In this document: in pieces, positions 10,986 to 21,000 of the stretch | How positions within the stretch are numbered: position 1 is the first letter of the stretch | Layout: each line of letters opens with the position of its first letter | Assembly: GCA_030599585.1 (NCBI GenBank) | Contig: JAUVNS010000003.1 | Span: 128,001-192,000 of the forward strand | DNA length: 64,000 nt | Reading direction: 5' to 3' | DNA from: Promethearchaeota archaeon | GTDB lineage: Archaea > Asgardarchaeota > Lokiarchaeia > Sigyniarchaeales > SOKP01 | Notes under the pieces: model-generated | The model's database searches: none | The model's input: only the letters and a program-made list of their open reading frames with translations | What the model was told of the DNA's origin: nothing | Translations under genes and position numbers: made by a program

Positions 10986-11191
10986 CTTTTACTTTTTTAA
11001 TTAGAAATATAAAATTAAACAATAAAAACGATAACAAAAAAAGAAATAGTTCATGATTTGACACATAATGAGATCAAATTTAGAAAATTTTACACACAAA
11101 AAATTGTAAGGTTAAGATAAGAAGAATGATGACTAAATTTAACCTAAAATTATCCTTTCAATAAATAATAACATCGGTTAGGAGAGTCCAT

Positions 11192-12097
11192 TTAAGATAA
11201 CATATAACCCTTTTTCTCTTCCATAATTACATCAGCATTTTGAAACTTTTCTATATGCTTTTTAATCATCAGGAGTTCAGCAATAACTTCAAAATCTTTA
11301 AATGCTGTATATTTTCTATAAATAATGTTCCTATTTTTAAAATCATTTAGTTTGATTGCTCTACTTCTTTCAGAGAAGAAAGCGAGAATTCTTTCGTCCC
11401 GTCCTTGCAAAATTGACTTGTACTTTTCAATTTCCTCATTAATTTTATTCTTCCCTTCAATTATACCCCTATGTCCAGTAACCACAATATTTACGTCCAA
11501 ACTTTTAATTTTAGCTATTGATTCTTCAAATTCAATTAAATTGGCGTCAAGATTTCCATAATAGGGATGTCTCGTAAGATCAATATCGCCAAGAAAAGCT
11601 ATCTTTGAATTTAGTTCATAAAATGCACAATGTCCTGCTGTGTGACCGGGTGTAAAAAGGACTTTTAATTTCAACTGATTACCAATATCAACAATATCGT
11701 TATCTTCAATTAAAGCGTCTATTTTAATGTTTTGCATCCTTAGAAGTTTGATTAGACTAATTAGTTCCTCCTCAACAGGAGTATTCCTAACATTGTAGAG
11801 TGGAATCATTTTTTCGACATTTTCAATCGGTAGTTTATCCTTGGAATGGCTGTAGAACTTCACATTATTTAATAGATAATTTCCGGAAATGTGATCTTCG
11901 TGCCAATGAGTAAACAATACATGGTTTATGGGAAATGCTCTTTTTAATTTTCGGAGATGGTTGGGAGAGATTCCCGTATCGATGAGGTGATCCCCAATCA
12001 AAAGTGAATTGGAATAGGGATACCTCGCATTATTTTTTCCTTTGATAAATAAAATGTCAGGAAAATCATCACTTAACGGTTGTATGAAATCATCCAT
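11192..12097 (-). CDS. Metallo-beta-lactamase-fold hydrolase
   Basis: THWHEDH, TPGHTAGH, GD and TGH. Confidence 0.88.
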   Translation of the reverse strand: MDDFIQPLSDDFPDILFIKGKNNARYPYSNSLLIGDHLIDTGISPNHLRKLKRAFPINHVLFTHWHEDHISGNYLLNNVKFYSHSKDKLPIENVEKMIPLYNVRNTPVEEELISLIKLLRMQNIKIDALIEDNDIVDIGNQLKLKVLFTPGHTAGHCAFYELNSKIAFLGDIDLTRHPYYGNLDANLIEFEESIAKIKSLDVNIVVTGHRGIIEGKNKINEEIEKYKSILQGRDERILAFFSERSRAIKLNDFKNRNIIYRKYTAFKDFEVIAELLMIKKHIEKFQNADVIMEEKKGYMLS

Positions 12098-12283
12098 GAA
12101 AAAACCTATCTATTTAACAATTGTTAATATGAATATTAAAAAAAAATTAAAGATTCTCTAATTGAAAAATTTTAATCTTATTCCAATCGGTTTTATATAA
12201 CTCGAATAACATCATAAATCTAAGAAAAGCTCTTAGATAAGCATAAAACATTTTCTATAAACAAAATAATATAAAGTGATGAA

Positions 12284-12577
12284 ATGAGAGAAGAAGATTT
12301 AATGAGATTGTTAGGGGGTTTAGGTGGAGCAATTACATTAATTGAAACGGTATTAAGTATTAACGAGAGGAATGTTGATGCTTCTAAAGTAATTTCAATC
12401 GTAGTTTCAATTACTCTAGCAGTAATTATCTTACTCAGTGTTCTCAGACCTGGTGATCCTGTACCTATGAATTGGCTATTATTTGTAGGATTAGGTATAG
12501 TAATAATAATATTTAGTAGCTTAGCTGGAGGAATACTAATTTTAGTTGCTGGATTTATTGGATATACAGTAAAATAA
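12284..12577 (+). CDS. Small membrane protein
   Basis: 97 aa with 3-4 Gly-rich hydrophobic segments. Confidence 0.7.
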   Translation: MREEDLMRLLGGLGGAITLIETVLSINERNVDASKVISIVVSITLAVIILLSVLRPGDPVPMNWLLFVGLGIVIIIFSSLAGGILILVAGFIGYTVK

Positions 12578-12615
12578 AATAATAAATAAAATTTAGAGAA
12601 AAAAACAGTTAGAAA

Positions 12616-12792
12616 TTATTTTAAGGCGTAATAACAGCGTTTAGGAGAATATACTTTACCTTCTTCTCGAAGCTCCTTGATAAATTTCGATACTTCCTTT
12701 GATTCAATTCCTGTTTCTTTAGCTATATCTCCCGGTCTTAACGGGTTTTCTGAGGATTTAAACATATTTAATACTTTTTCTTTTTCCGACAT
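12616..12792 (-). CDS. Small winged-helix DNA-binding protein (58 aa)
   Basis: Below the ORF-track cutoff. Manual translation MSEKEKVLNMFKSSENPLRPGDIAKETGIESKEVSKFIKELREEGKVYSPKRCYYALK gives a clean wHTH pattern, 40 bp downstream of proS. Confidence 0.8.
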   Translation of the reverse strand: MSEKEKVLNMFKSSENPLRPGDIAKETGIESKEVSKFIKELREEGKVYSPKRCYYALK

Positions 12793-12831
12793 TATATAAC
12801 ACTTCTATTAAATTGATTCTTTTAATGAAAT

Positions 12832-14307
12832 TTAATAACTTTTTGCTAGATAAACGGTGCATGAAGCGGGTTTCCCGCAAATTATGCAAGTAGCGAACTC
12901 GTGTTTCTCTTCATCAACTCTTTTACCTCTAACTTCCGCGCCAATATCCTTTTCAACAATTTCAGCGCAGCGTTCACCATCTAAATCTATAGAACAAAAG
13001 CCACAAGCTACTATTTTTCCGTTTTTTATTGCTTCTATTGCTGCGTCCTTCTCATAAGTCAATTCAATCTGCGATTCGAAGTCGATCAGAGACTTTTCTT
13101 TAATTTCTCTAGTATAGTTTTGAGCAATTTCGTCTATGACTTTTTCTAGATCGGGATCCTTTACAAATATCTTCTTTCCATCGTGTCTTTTTACTAAAAC
13201 CATTTGGTCTTTTTCTAAGTCTCGTGGTCCGATTTCAATTCTTATCGGGACTCCTTTTAATTCCCATGTATAAAATTTACTTCCTGGCGACTCGTCAGAA
13301 TCGTCAATTTTAACCGTATACTTGCTTTTTAGCCTTTCGTATATTTCTTTTGCTTTAGTTAGAACAATTTCCTCTTTTTCTTTGAAGAGTATTGGTACAA
13401 TTACGATTTGAATTGGTGCTAAATCAAAAGGTAAGATTAGTCCCTTGTCATCCCCGAGATATGCAATCATAGCCCCATAATTCCTACTTTGAGAAGGACC
13501 ATAACACGTCTGATAACCGTATTTCTCTTCTCCATCTGTATCTACATATTTTACATCAAATGGTTTTGAGAAATTCTGGCCTAGCAAATGTGTTGAGGGC
13601 AACTGCAGAACTTTTCCGGAACCCATTAACGCATCAGCAGCATAAGTATGAACGGCTCCTGCAAATTTATCCCACTCGGGTCTTTGAAAAAAGATTAACG
13701 GGATACAACACTCATCCTGAAGAATCTGATAAGTTGATTCCATATCTTCTTTAACTTGCTCCATTGCGCCCTCCATTGTGGCAAAAACATTGTGTGCTTC
13801 AATCCAATGAAATTCCCTGCCTCTTAGAAACGGTCTTGTCATTTTTCCCTCATATCTCCAGACTTGGCATGAAAGGTATCTTTTATAGGGTAAATCCTTA
13901 TAACTTCTTATCCACATTGAATACATTTTATATAACGCTGTTTCACTAGTCGGACGTAGTGCCAAACGTTCTGCTAATTTACCGGAATTCCCTGCTTCAG
14001 TTACCCAAAATAATTCTGGAGCAAAACCCTCAACGTGATCTGCTTCTAATAAAAAATTCGATTCTGGGATAAGAGAAGGCATTGTCAGGGGAAGATGACC
14101 TTTTTCTTCTAACAAATCTTCGGTTTTTTTATACATTTTTCTAATTGTGATGGTTGCCCACTCTCGATAAACGACAAATCCCTTAATATTATATCGAATA
14201 TCAGCTAACTCTGCTTTAGTTATTAGCTCCGTATACCAACCGGAAAAATCTTCTTCTTTCGATACTGTGATTCCCGTTAAAGGAGCTTCCTTTTTCTTTT
14301 TAGCCAT
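12832..14307 (-). CDS. proS: Proline--tRNA ligase, archaeal/eukaryotic type
   Basis: FSGWYTE, LALRPTSET, WRYEGKMTRPFLRGREFHWIEAH, GQNFSKPF, KGVPIRIEIGPRD, and a Zn-binding C-terminus ending AKSY. Confidence 0.96.
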   Translation of the reverse strand: MAKKKKEAPLTGITVSKEEDFSGWYTELITKAELADIRYNIKGFVVYREWATITIRKMYKKTEDLLEEKGHLPLTMPSLIPESNFLLEADHVEGFAPELFWVTEAGNSGKLAERLALRPTSETALYKMYSMWIRSYKDLPYKRYLSCQVWRYEGKMTRPFLRGREFHWIEAHNVFATMEGAMEQVKEDMESTYQILQDECCIPLIFFQRPEWDKFAGAVHTYAADALMGSGKVLQLPSTHLLGQNFSKPFDVKYVDTDGEEKYGYQTCYGPSQSRNYGAMIAYLGDDKGLILPFDLAPIQIVIVPILFKEKEEIVLTKAKEIYERLKSKYTVKIDDSDESPGSKFYTWELKGVPIRIEIGPRDLEKDQMVLVKRHDGKKIFVKDPDLEKVIDEIAQNYTREIKEKSLIDFESQIELTYEKDAAIEAIKNGKIVACGFCSIDLDGERCAEIVEKDIGAEVRGKRVDEEKHEFATCIICGKPASCTVYLAKSY

Positions 14308-14399
14308 AAACTATCTAAATAATAAATACATTAAAAGTTAAATATTTTATGAGTAAACCTCTAATCACATTGAACTTAATAGCTTTATCAGATTAATTC

Positions 14400-15203
14400 T
14401 TACCTAAACTGACTATCTCGATCCGGCACTAATTTTGCATTCGTAATAACCGATCCTGTTAAATAATCTCGATCAGTTGAATAATCAGAGATTTCAAGAA
14501 GGAGGATGATCGCTTCATAACCCTTGGAAATGAGATATTTTTTTAATTCTCTACCAATGGTTTTCAATAATTCTTCGTCTGTCGAAAAAACTGAATAATA
14601 AATAAATGCCTTTGGATTATCAATAAACTCTGACCTTTTTATCATTTCTTCGTCATCAATTATCGTCACCGAGTCGGCACCGGCATTTCTGGCAATTTTC
14701 TTAAGTTCTTCTTCTAGGGAGCCGAAAGTAAAGAATTGTTTGCTCCCCAATTCGATTTTTTCTGCAAGGACTCGCTCTAATTCTTCACGCGTAGTTCTAT
14801 CGTAAAAGACAGTTAACTCATGAGTACTAATTTCTGTGTATTTTCCTGATATTAAATTTTCTTTCTCCTCGATGAAATCTATAATAGTTTCGTAATATTG
14901 ATCGTCTAATTTTTGAAATTCCTCAATGCACCTTATATAATGAGTTAACTTGTCAATTAAATCGTAGTAAAATTTCAACCTCGACTTAATCTTTAACTTA
15001 TCGTCAATTTGTTTGATTTCTGGATAATATTTCTTTAAAATAAGGTTAACATTTTTCGTACAGAGAGCACATAACTTTGCTATTTTATCTGAAAATGAGA
15101 TTGATTTATGGGTCAAAAGTTGAAGAATGTCCTGCTCTATTGCAGATAGATCTCCAAAAACTTCCGTAATTTTATTACGATATTTTTTCTCGATATAAGA
15201 CAT
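14400..15203 (-). CDS. Hypothetical protein
   Basis: 267-aa ORF co-oriented with proS; no motif recognised. Confidence 0.7.
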   Translation of the reverse strand: MSYIEKKYRNKITEVFGDLSAIEQDILQLLTHKSISFSDKIAKLCALCTKNVNLILKKYYPEIKQIDDKLKIKSRLKFYYDLIDKLTHYIRCIEEFQKLDDQYYETIIDFIEEKENLISGKYTEISTHELTVFYDRTTREELERVLAEKIELGSKQFFTFGSLEEELKKIARNAGADSVTIIDDEEMIKRSEFIDNPKAFIYYSVFSTDEELLKTIGRELKKYLISKGYEAIILLLEISDYSTDRDYLTGSVITNAKLVPDRDSQFR

Positions 15204-15395
15204 ATATAGCGTATCATCCGAATATTCGTTTTGTAATAAGGTAAATAATATTTCCCACCTATTTAAAGATCAACGGCTAAATCAAATAATAGTTATTTGA
15301 ATTATAAGAAAAGAAAAAAATCAGAGAATAATATTTATATGAATAAGGTAGTAGTAATAATACGATAGAATTTTAGCTTATATTGTATAAAAAAG

Positions 15396-15836
15396 ATGAA
15401 TAAAATGGTAAAAGAGATAATAGAGAGATTGATAAATGACGATATGGTAACACGGATGGCTGCAAAATACGAATTTTTAGGAAAAGGTGAAGCAGCTGTG
15501 CCCGTGTTGTTAACCGTGCTTGAAGAAGACCAAAGAGAAGTAGTGCGGTATTGGGTTTTTGATGTATTTGGAGGATTGAAAACACAAGCGAAAGATGCGG
15601 TTCCTAAAGTATTAAAATCTTTAATAGAAGATGATTCTGAAAGGGTTCGTGCCATATCACCAGGTGTTTTACTTGAAATATCCGAAAATTTTGAAGATTT
15701 AGTCCCAGTATTACTAACAGCAAAGAACAAGGAAAAGAGTGACCGAGTACAAAGATCTCTAGATATGGTGTTATACAAAATAGCTGGAAAATTGGGATAT
15801 GCCAGTATTGAAGAGTTAACAAAGGCATTTGAATAG
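15396..15836 (+). CDS. Small HEAT/PBS-lyase repeat protein
   Basis: Repeated AVPxL...D...VR units (AVPVLLTVLEEDQREVVR, AVPKVLKSLIEDDSERVR, LVPVLLTAKNKEKSDRVQ). Confidence 0.8.
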   Translation: MNKMVKEIIERLINDDMVTRMAAKYEFLGKGEAAVPVLLTVLEEDQREVVRYWVFDVFGGLKTQAKDAVPKVLKSLIEDDSERVRAISPGVLLEISENFEDLVPVLLTAKNKEKSDRVQRSLDMVLYKIAGKLGYASIEELTKAFE

Positions 15837-15991
15837 TTGTAAATAATATTATTTTTTTGATTTATATTGGTAAATAAATATTAAAGCTCGGTAAGCAAAG
15901 ATATATATTTTTACATCTAATAATTAGCGCCACTGGTCTTTCAATTCGATTTAAAATCAAAATTATGTAGATTAGGTAAAAAGTATTTCAA

Positions 15992-16174
15992 ATGAGATCA
16001 AATGATTGTGTTACCGGTACCAAATATTGTCCTAAATGTAGTGCTGAACTTGATTCCAGAGCGAAAATATGTAAATTTTGCCATTTCAACTTAGAAATAA
16101 AGCTTAAGAGAAAATATTTCTCTTTGAGAAAAAAATCGACATTAAAATATAAAAGAAAAAAAATCGAAAATTAA
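15992..16174 (+). CDS. Small zinc-ribbon protein with a basic tail
   Basis: CPKC...CKFC followed by a K/R-rich tail. Confidence 0.55.
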   Translation: MRSNDCVTGTKYCPKCSAELDSRAKICKFCHFNLEIKLKRKYFSLRKKSTLKYKRKKIEN

Positions 16175-16195
16175 AAAACCCCAAATTCTACTCTA

Positions 16196-17410
16196 TTAAA
16201 CTCCAAATACTCGTGCTACAGTCATGATAGAACCACTAATTAAAGAAACTGTAAAATTATCGTTTAACTGAAATGAAAATAACTCCACTAAGGGTGCGCT
16301 GATTCCTCCTATTATGAGGATAAATAATGGAATATTTAGAGTAGTATAGAGGATGTATCCACAAATAAACATGCATCCGAAATATGCTAATGTACCCTCA
16401 AGGGTTTTATGAAATATTTTGTGTTTGCCAAATGCTAACCCGAATATTTTGCTGAAAATATCACCAAAAATTAGAAAAACTAACGCAGTGATAGCGATTG
16501 CCTTCTCAAATAATAGGATTGAAATGAATGTAGCTACCAAGAATATCGTCATAGAGGAAAACTTTTTGGCTTCATTTTTTCTAAAAATTGACTTAATCTT
16601 TACAGTAAACAGTTCATTTGTTTGTTTGTGGAGAAATCTTGTAATATCAAGAGTAATAAAAATTATCGCAACACTACCTATGATCGTTAGAGCAACTGTT
16701 TTGGTGTAGATAATATAAAAAATGACGAAAAGTAAGGCAAACGGCCTAGTTGCCACTCGCCACCAGTGAGAGTTAAAATTTTCATTATCTATTTTGATTA
16801 CTTTCCCCTTTATCATATCGTAAAAGGATACAGAAGCATCGTAAGCGATCACAATCCAGAAAAAGAGATTGTATGGATTTGTAGGATAATAAATGAAAGC
16901 AGCGTATCCAATTAAGGCCAGAACAAATATAATAACGATAATTCCTGTCCTCGTAATATAAACAAAAATCGCAATGACAAAGATTAGATAGAAGAAAATA
17001 AAAAAAAGCATTTCGGGACCTGTGAGGAGATAATTCAGTAAATAAGCAAGCAGGATTCCCGATGTACAAGCCATACCCTGACCTCCACGAAATTTAATAT
17101 AAAAAGGAAATACATGCCCCACGATAGCAGCAAGACCGCTTATTTGCGCAAAAACAAAATCCGCACCTAAAATTAAGGCTAAATAAATTACTATTATACC
17201 TTTGAAAAAATCAAAAATACCTGTCGGTATTGCATATTTAATGCCTAAACTATTGTAAGTGTTCACTGTCCCGGCTATACCATCACCTTTATCTCTTATG
17301 TCAAAATTTTTGAATCTACCAAAAATATAAGCAGGATTTATTGAACCAATGAAGTAACCAAGCACAATTACAAGTATATTTATTAGAATTGTAATTTCTC
17401 CCATTTTCAT
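16196..17410 (-). CDS. PlsY-like glycerol-3-phosphate acyltransferase domain fused to a dolichol/phytol/DGK1-type CTP-dependent lipid kinase domain
   Basis: N-half GYFIGSIN...DIRDKGDG, FDFFKG, GHVFPFYIKFRGGQG; C-half FGDIFSKIFGLAFGKHKIFHKTLEG...ELFS..NDNF. Confidence 0.82.
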   Translation of the reverse strand: MKMGEITILINILVIVLGYFIGSINPAYIFGRFKNFDIRDKGDGIAGTVNTYNSLGIKYAIPTGIFDFFKGIIVIYLALILGADFVFAQISGLAAIVGHVFPFYIKFRGGQGMACTSGILLAYLLNYLLTGPEMLFFIFFYLIFVIAIFVYITRTGIIVIIFVLALIGYAAFIYYPTNPYNLFFWIVIAYDASVSFYDMIKGKVIKIDNENFNSHWWRVATRPFALLFVIFYIIYTKTVALTIIGSVAIIFITLDITRFLHKQTNELFTVKIKSIFRKNEAKKFSSMTIFLVATFISILLFEKAIAITALVFLIFGDIFSKIFGLAFGKHKIFHKTLEGTLAYFGCMFICGYILYTTLNIPLFILIIGGISAPLVELFSFQLNDNFTVSLISGSIMTVARVFGV

Positions 17411-17582
17411 TCACACTATGCGATTGAATTTAACAAAATTGTAAGTAACATTCCTATTATTATTCGCTTCTATATATAAATATGTGCAAGATCAACATTC
17501 AAAAAATACAAAACCGAAAATTTTGAGGATACTCTGTTAAATCAATACTTATAACGAATATACCATATGGTAATAAAAGAGA

Positions 17583-19313
17583 TTACTGATGGAGATACAT
17601 AAAACGCTCCATATAAAACAAAAATATTTGATTATAATGACCAGAAAAATAAAAATCGCTCGTGTGTCCTCCTAAAAGCATCCAAATAATGGCACAGTTA
17701 ACATTTCCTTTAGCTAGATAGGTAGCCCTGAAATTTCGACTAATACCAAAATAAGTTAGGACATCGTGCGTACCTTGAAAAATTAAACAAGGTGGGCTTT
17801 CAGGTCCAATTAATTTTTCAGGATTTGTGAATTCTTCCCTCCCGTCTATTCCAAAATGGACCATTTGACCATTTGAAGGATAGAATGGGATTATTCCTTT
17901 TATTGTAATATTCTGACTAAATAGATTTGAATAGTTTCCGCTTGATAAAGCTAGTCCTGCTGCACTAGCAAGATGTCCTCCGGAAGAACTACCACTAATA
18001 AAGACAGAATCTACATTAGCGCCATATAATTGGGCATTTTCACTTAAATACTTCGTGAATTCACCGATGTGCCTTACCATATCATCGATATTAAAATCTC
18101 CTTTATTGTAGCTAGGCGTACTAAGATCCAAAGCAGCGATAGGCGAATCGTATAGCCCGTATTGAATGTCAAATACGATATATCCTTGAGCTGCAAAATA
18201 CTTATTCATTTGTGCCATATTCGATCCACCCTTATCACCCGAAACCCAACCGCCACCATGAATTCGAATCAGTGTGGAATTCTGCCCTGGTAGGCCTTCA
18301 CCTCTCTTTAATGGCATATATACATCAAAATACAATTTGATACTTTCATTATCATAAAATAAGACATTTTCTATAACACTACAATCTTTAGGAGGAACTC
18401 CTAAATAATATCCAGCTGTCGAAAACGAAGTTTGTAAAAAGTAGTCATTAGTTTCTGTAGGAATTTCTGATTGCCAATTTAGACCAAAAGTTTCTGCAAA
18501 ATTGGCTTCAGCACTTATTGCATTAATATTACTTATAAAAAAAGGTGTGAGTAATGAAATTGAAATTAATAACCCTGTAAGCGATACTCTACGAAACTTT
18601 TTTCTGTTCCATTTTCCTTTTTTTAGCTTTAATAGAATGATAGTATTTGCTAAAAAAATAAACGACAAAAACACTCCATACTGAGAGGAGAAAAAAGCAA
18701 TTTGGGTAGTTACAAACTCAAACACACCAAAAAGTGTTATGAAAGCACAAAACGCACCAATGAATAAACCAATCCAAGCTAGAACGATTATAATTTTCTT
18801 AATTCTTCCTTTAAATCTTATAATTTTTATGTATTTACGGCCTTCTCTTCTAGTTTCTCTGCCCCAAAACCCTAAATTTTTGCGAGATAGGAAATCAACC
18901 ACTACCAAAATAGTTCCAAATGTTAAAATACCAAAGTAGGATAGATGGTTCAATGCGTATCCTCCTAAAAAAGAGTTAGAAATTGTAGTAGAGCTTAATA
19001 AATTGCCTTGCATCATTCCCCACATCCCCAAAATAATAAAGACTAAAAAAACATAGCAGAATATTTGAAATCTATATCCAAATTTGCTCTTTTTATTAAC
19101 ATTCACCAAATTTAAGTAGATTAATAACAAATTTTCAAAAAGAGTAATTGTTAATACTATCCCAAATATGTCCCAAAGTGGCAAATATTCAGGCATAGCT
19201 AAATATAAAATGCCCGATATAATACAAAACAAGTTTAAAAAAAATAAGGAATAACTAACGCTCTTGATTGTAATAAATCCTTTAAATTTCCGCACAATAT
19301 ACTTTATGTTCAA
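17583..19313 (-). CDS. Membrane-anchored alpha/beta hydrolase (HSL-like esterase)
   Basis: About 7 N-terminal TM helices, then IHGGGW, GSSSGG, QGTHD and GGH. Confidence 0.85.
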   Translation of the reverse strand: MNIKYIVRKFKGFITIKSVSYSLFFLNLFCIISGILYLAMPEYLPLWDIFGIVLTITLFENLLLIYLNLVNVNKKSKFGYRFQIFCYVFLVFIILGMWGMMQGNLLSSTTISNSFLGGYALNHLSYFGILTFGTILVVVDFLSRKNLGFWGRETRREGRKYIKIIRFKGRIKKIIIVLAWIGLFIGAFCAFITLFGVFEFVTTQIAFFSSQYGVFLSFIFLANTIILLKLKKGKWNRKKFRRVSLTGLLISISLLTPFFISNINAISAEANFAETFGLNWQSEIPTETNDYFLQTSFSTAGYYLGVPPKDCSVIENVLFYDNESIKLYFDVYMPLKRGEGLPGQNSTLIRIHGGGWVSGDKGGSNMAQMNKYFAAQGYIVFDIQYGLYDSPIAALDLSTPSYNKGDFNIDDMVRHIGEFTKYLSENAQLYGANVDSVFISGSSSGGHLASAAGLALSSGNYSNLFSQNITIKGIIPFYPSNGQMVHFGIDGREEFTNPEKLIGPESPPCLIFQGTHDVLTYFGISRNFRATYLAKGNVNCAIIWMLLGGHTSDFYFSGHYNQIFLFYMERFMYLHQ

Positions 19314-19630
19314 TACAACCGCTTTACCGTGATGCTCTTTTAGCTACGATTTTTGTTCTGTTTAAACCAATCTTAAATTAATATCAGAAAATATTGATTT
19401 AAACCCAGTTATTAAATAGGAAAAGAAATTACCGTAAATTAAGGAGAGTTAAAAATCATCTAATTTGTCGCATATCAGAAAATAAAGCAAAAACACTTAA
19501 ATTTTTATATGATCAATAAAGCACTTAACCGCAGTCTGAAGCCTTTAATAAACAAACCTTATTTAGACATAAAAAGAGTTAGGATTGTTTGAAAAAATAA
19601 ATAAAAAAATAGAAAATTAAAAAAAATTAC

Positions 19631-19644
19631 TCTGGTTGACCAGA
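19631..19644 (-). terminator. Short hairpin plus U-tract downstream of tfb
   Basis: TCTGG-TTGA-CCAGA inverted repeat next to A-runs (U-tract on the minus strand). Confidence 0.35.
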
Positions 19645-19658
19645 TTTGCAAAACTTCT

Positions 19659-20594
19659 TTAAACCAACTTCATTCTTATCTGTTTGGAGCGACTCCTGAG
19701 GGTTACCTCAGTAACTTTAGCTACGGCACTTACTTCGGCTTGCGTCTTCCGGCAATTACTTGATTTGGCCGCCATATAAATTACGCTTGCCGCTAAGCCC
19801 TTTGGGTCTTTCCCGGTTCTTAATAGTCCGTGTCTTGAAGCTACTGAGAGCATGTCGATTGCCTTCTTTTGGACTTCCATCGGTAAACCTAAATCGTTTC
19901 CGAATCGGAATACTAACTGTTCTGCAGTGATCGGTTTATATCGTAAATTTAATTCAGGGAGCACTTCTTTTACAATCATTCCTAAGCTTCTATGGACGGT
20001 TCTTCGTGGAGTCATGGATGCATCGCACACTTCTTCCAGTAATCGTGGAAACTCGTGAACTCTAATTGCAGCATAAAGGGAAGCCGCAATAAACCCATCG
20101 ATTGATCGACCCATAGTTAATTTTTTCCGAGCTACAACACTATAAATTTTCCAGGCAGTTTCTTTAATATATTCTGGAATATTTAGTTTGGATGTAAGCA
20201 TCTTTAATTTTGGTTTTGCTTCCCAGAAATTTCTTTCTATACTGGAAATTAAGGAATTTTGAATTTTAGATAGTCGAGAGAACAAGGTCTTTCCTTTTGC
20301 GTTAATTAATCGACCCTTTGAATCAATTTTACTGTTTGGGAGCATAGTGCGAGGTCCAAATTCCCTCCATCGAGGTTCTGTTCGACGACGCTTGTTCACT
20401 TCTTCCACAGTGTAAGCACGTCTCTCGTTCCCAACCATATTACGACTTTGAATCATTCCACAATTTAAACAGACAACATCGCCATCTTTTGACTCAACAG
20501 AAGGATTTTCACAGCATTCTCCAGTCGGAGTTTCCTCAATTGAACTATCTTTCGTTGAGCGTAGGCGGTCTCGGTATGACATTTTTTTTTTCAC
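19659..20594 (-). CDS. tfb: Transcription initiation factor IIB (TFB)
   Basis: Zn ribbon CC...CLNCG, ERRAY B-reader, two cyclin repeats (GRSIDGFIAASLY; GKDPKGLAASVIY...TQAEVS...VTEVTLR). Confidence 0.94.
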   Translation of the reverse strand: MKKKMSYRDRLRSTKDSSIEETPTGECCENPSVESKDGDVVCLNCGMIQSRNMVGNERRAYTVEEVNKRRRTEPRWREFGPRTMLPNSKIDSKGRLINAKGKTLFSRLSKIQNSLISSIERNFWEAKPKLKMLTSKLNIPEYIKETAWKIYSVVARKKLTMGRSIDGFIAASLYAAIRVHEFPRLLEEVCDASMTPRRTVHRSLGMIVKEVLPELNLRYKPITAEQLVFRFGNDLGLPMEVQKKAIDMLSVASRHGLLRTGKDPKGLAASVIYMAAKSSNCRKTQAEVSAVAKVTEVTLRSRSKQIRMKLV

Positions 20595-21000
20595 TTTTTT
20601 GTTACAAATTTGTTTTAATAATGATTATTCAATATTACTATAAACACAAATTTTTGAACTTAATCTTAATCATTTTGAAATATAAGTTTTAGTAAAAATT
20701 TTTTGAATTTTTTTAATATTTTACTACAAATAATCTATTATTATTATATTAGTATAAATAATGTAACGCCACTATTTAAAAATGTTTTTGTCTACGCTTG
20801 TTATATGTCCCAGAACAAAATTTCTACGCTTTTTGCGGGCAAGTTATGGGAAAAAGGCAATTTATTTTTTATAAGTTTATGTTTTGGAATTTTGCTGTAC
20901 GCAATTATTTAAGATCTCTTTTACGGTATTATCAATAATTAGATTATTGCATAAAAATATCGCTTATTTGTAAGGAATAATCCATAAATTCTCTGTAATT

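Noticed and set aside
20489-20912. ORFs 20489-20692 and 20703-20912 upstream of tfb
   Set aside because: Low-complexity translations of an AT-rich promoter region
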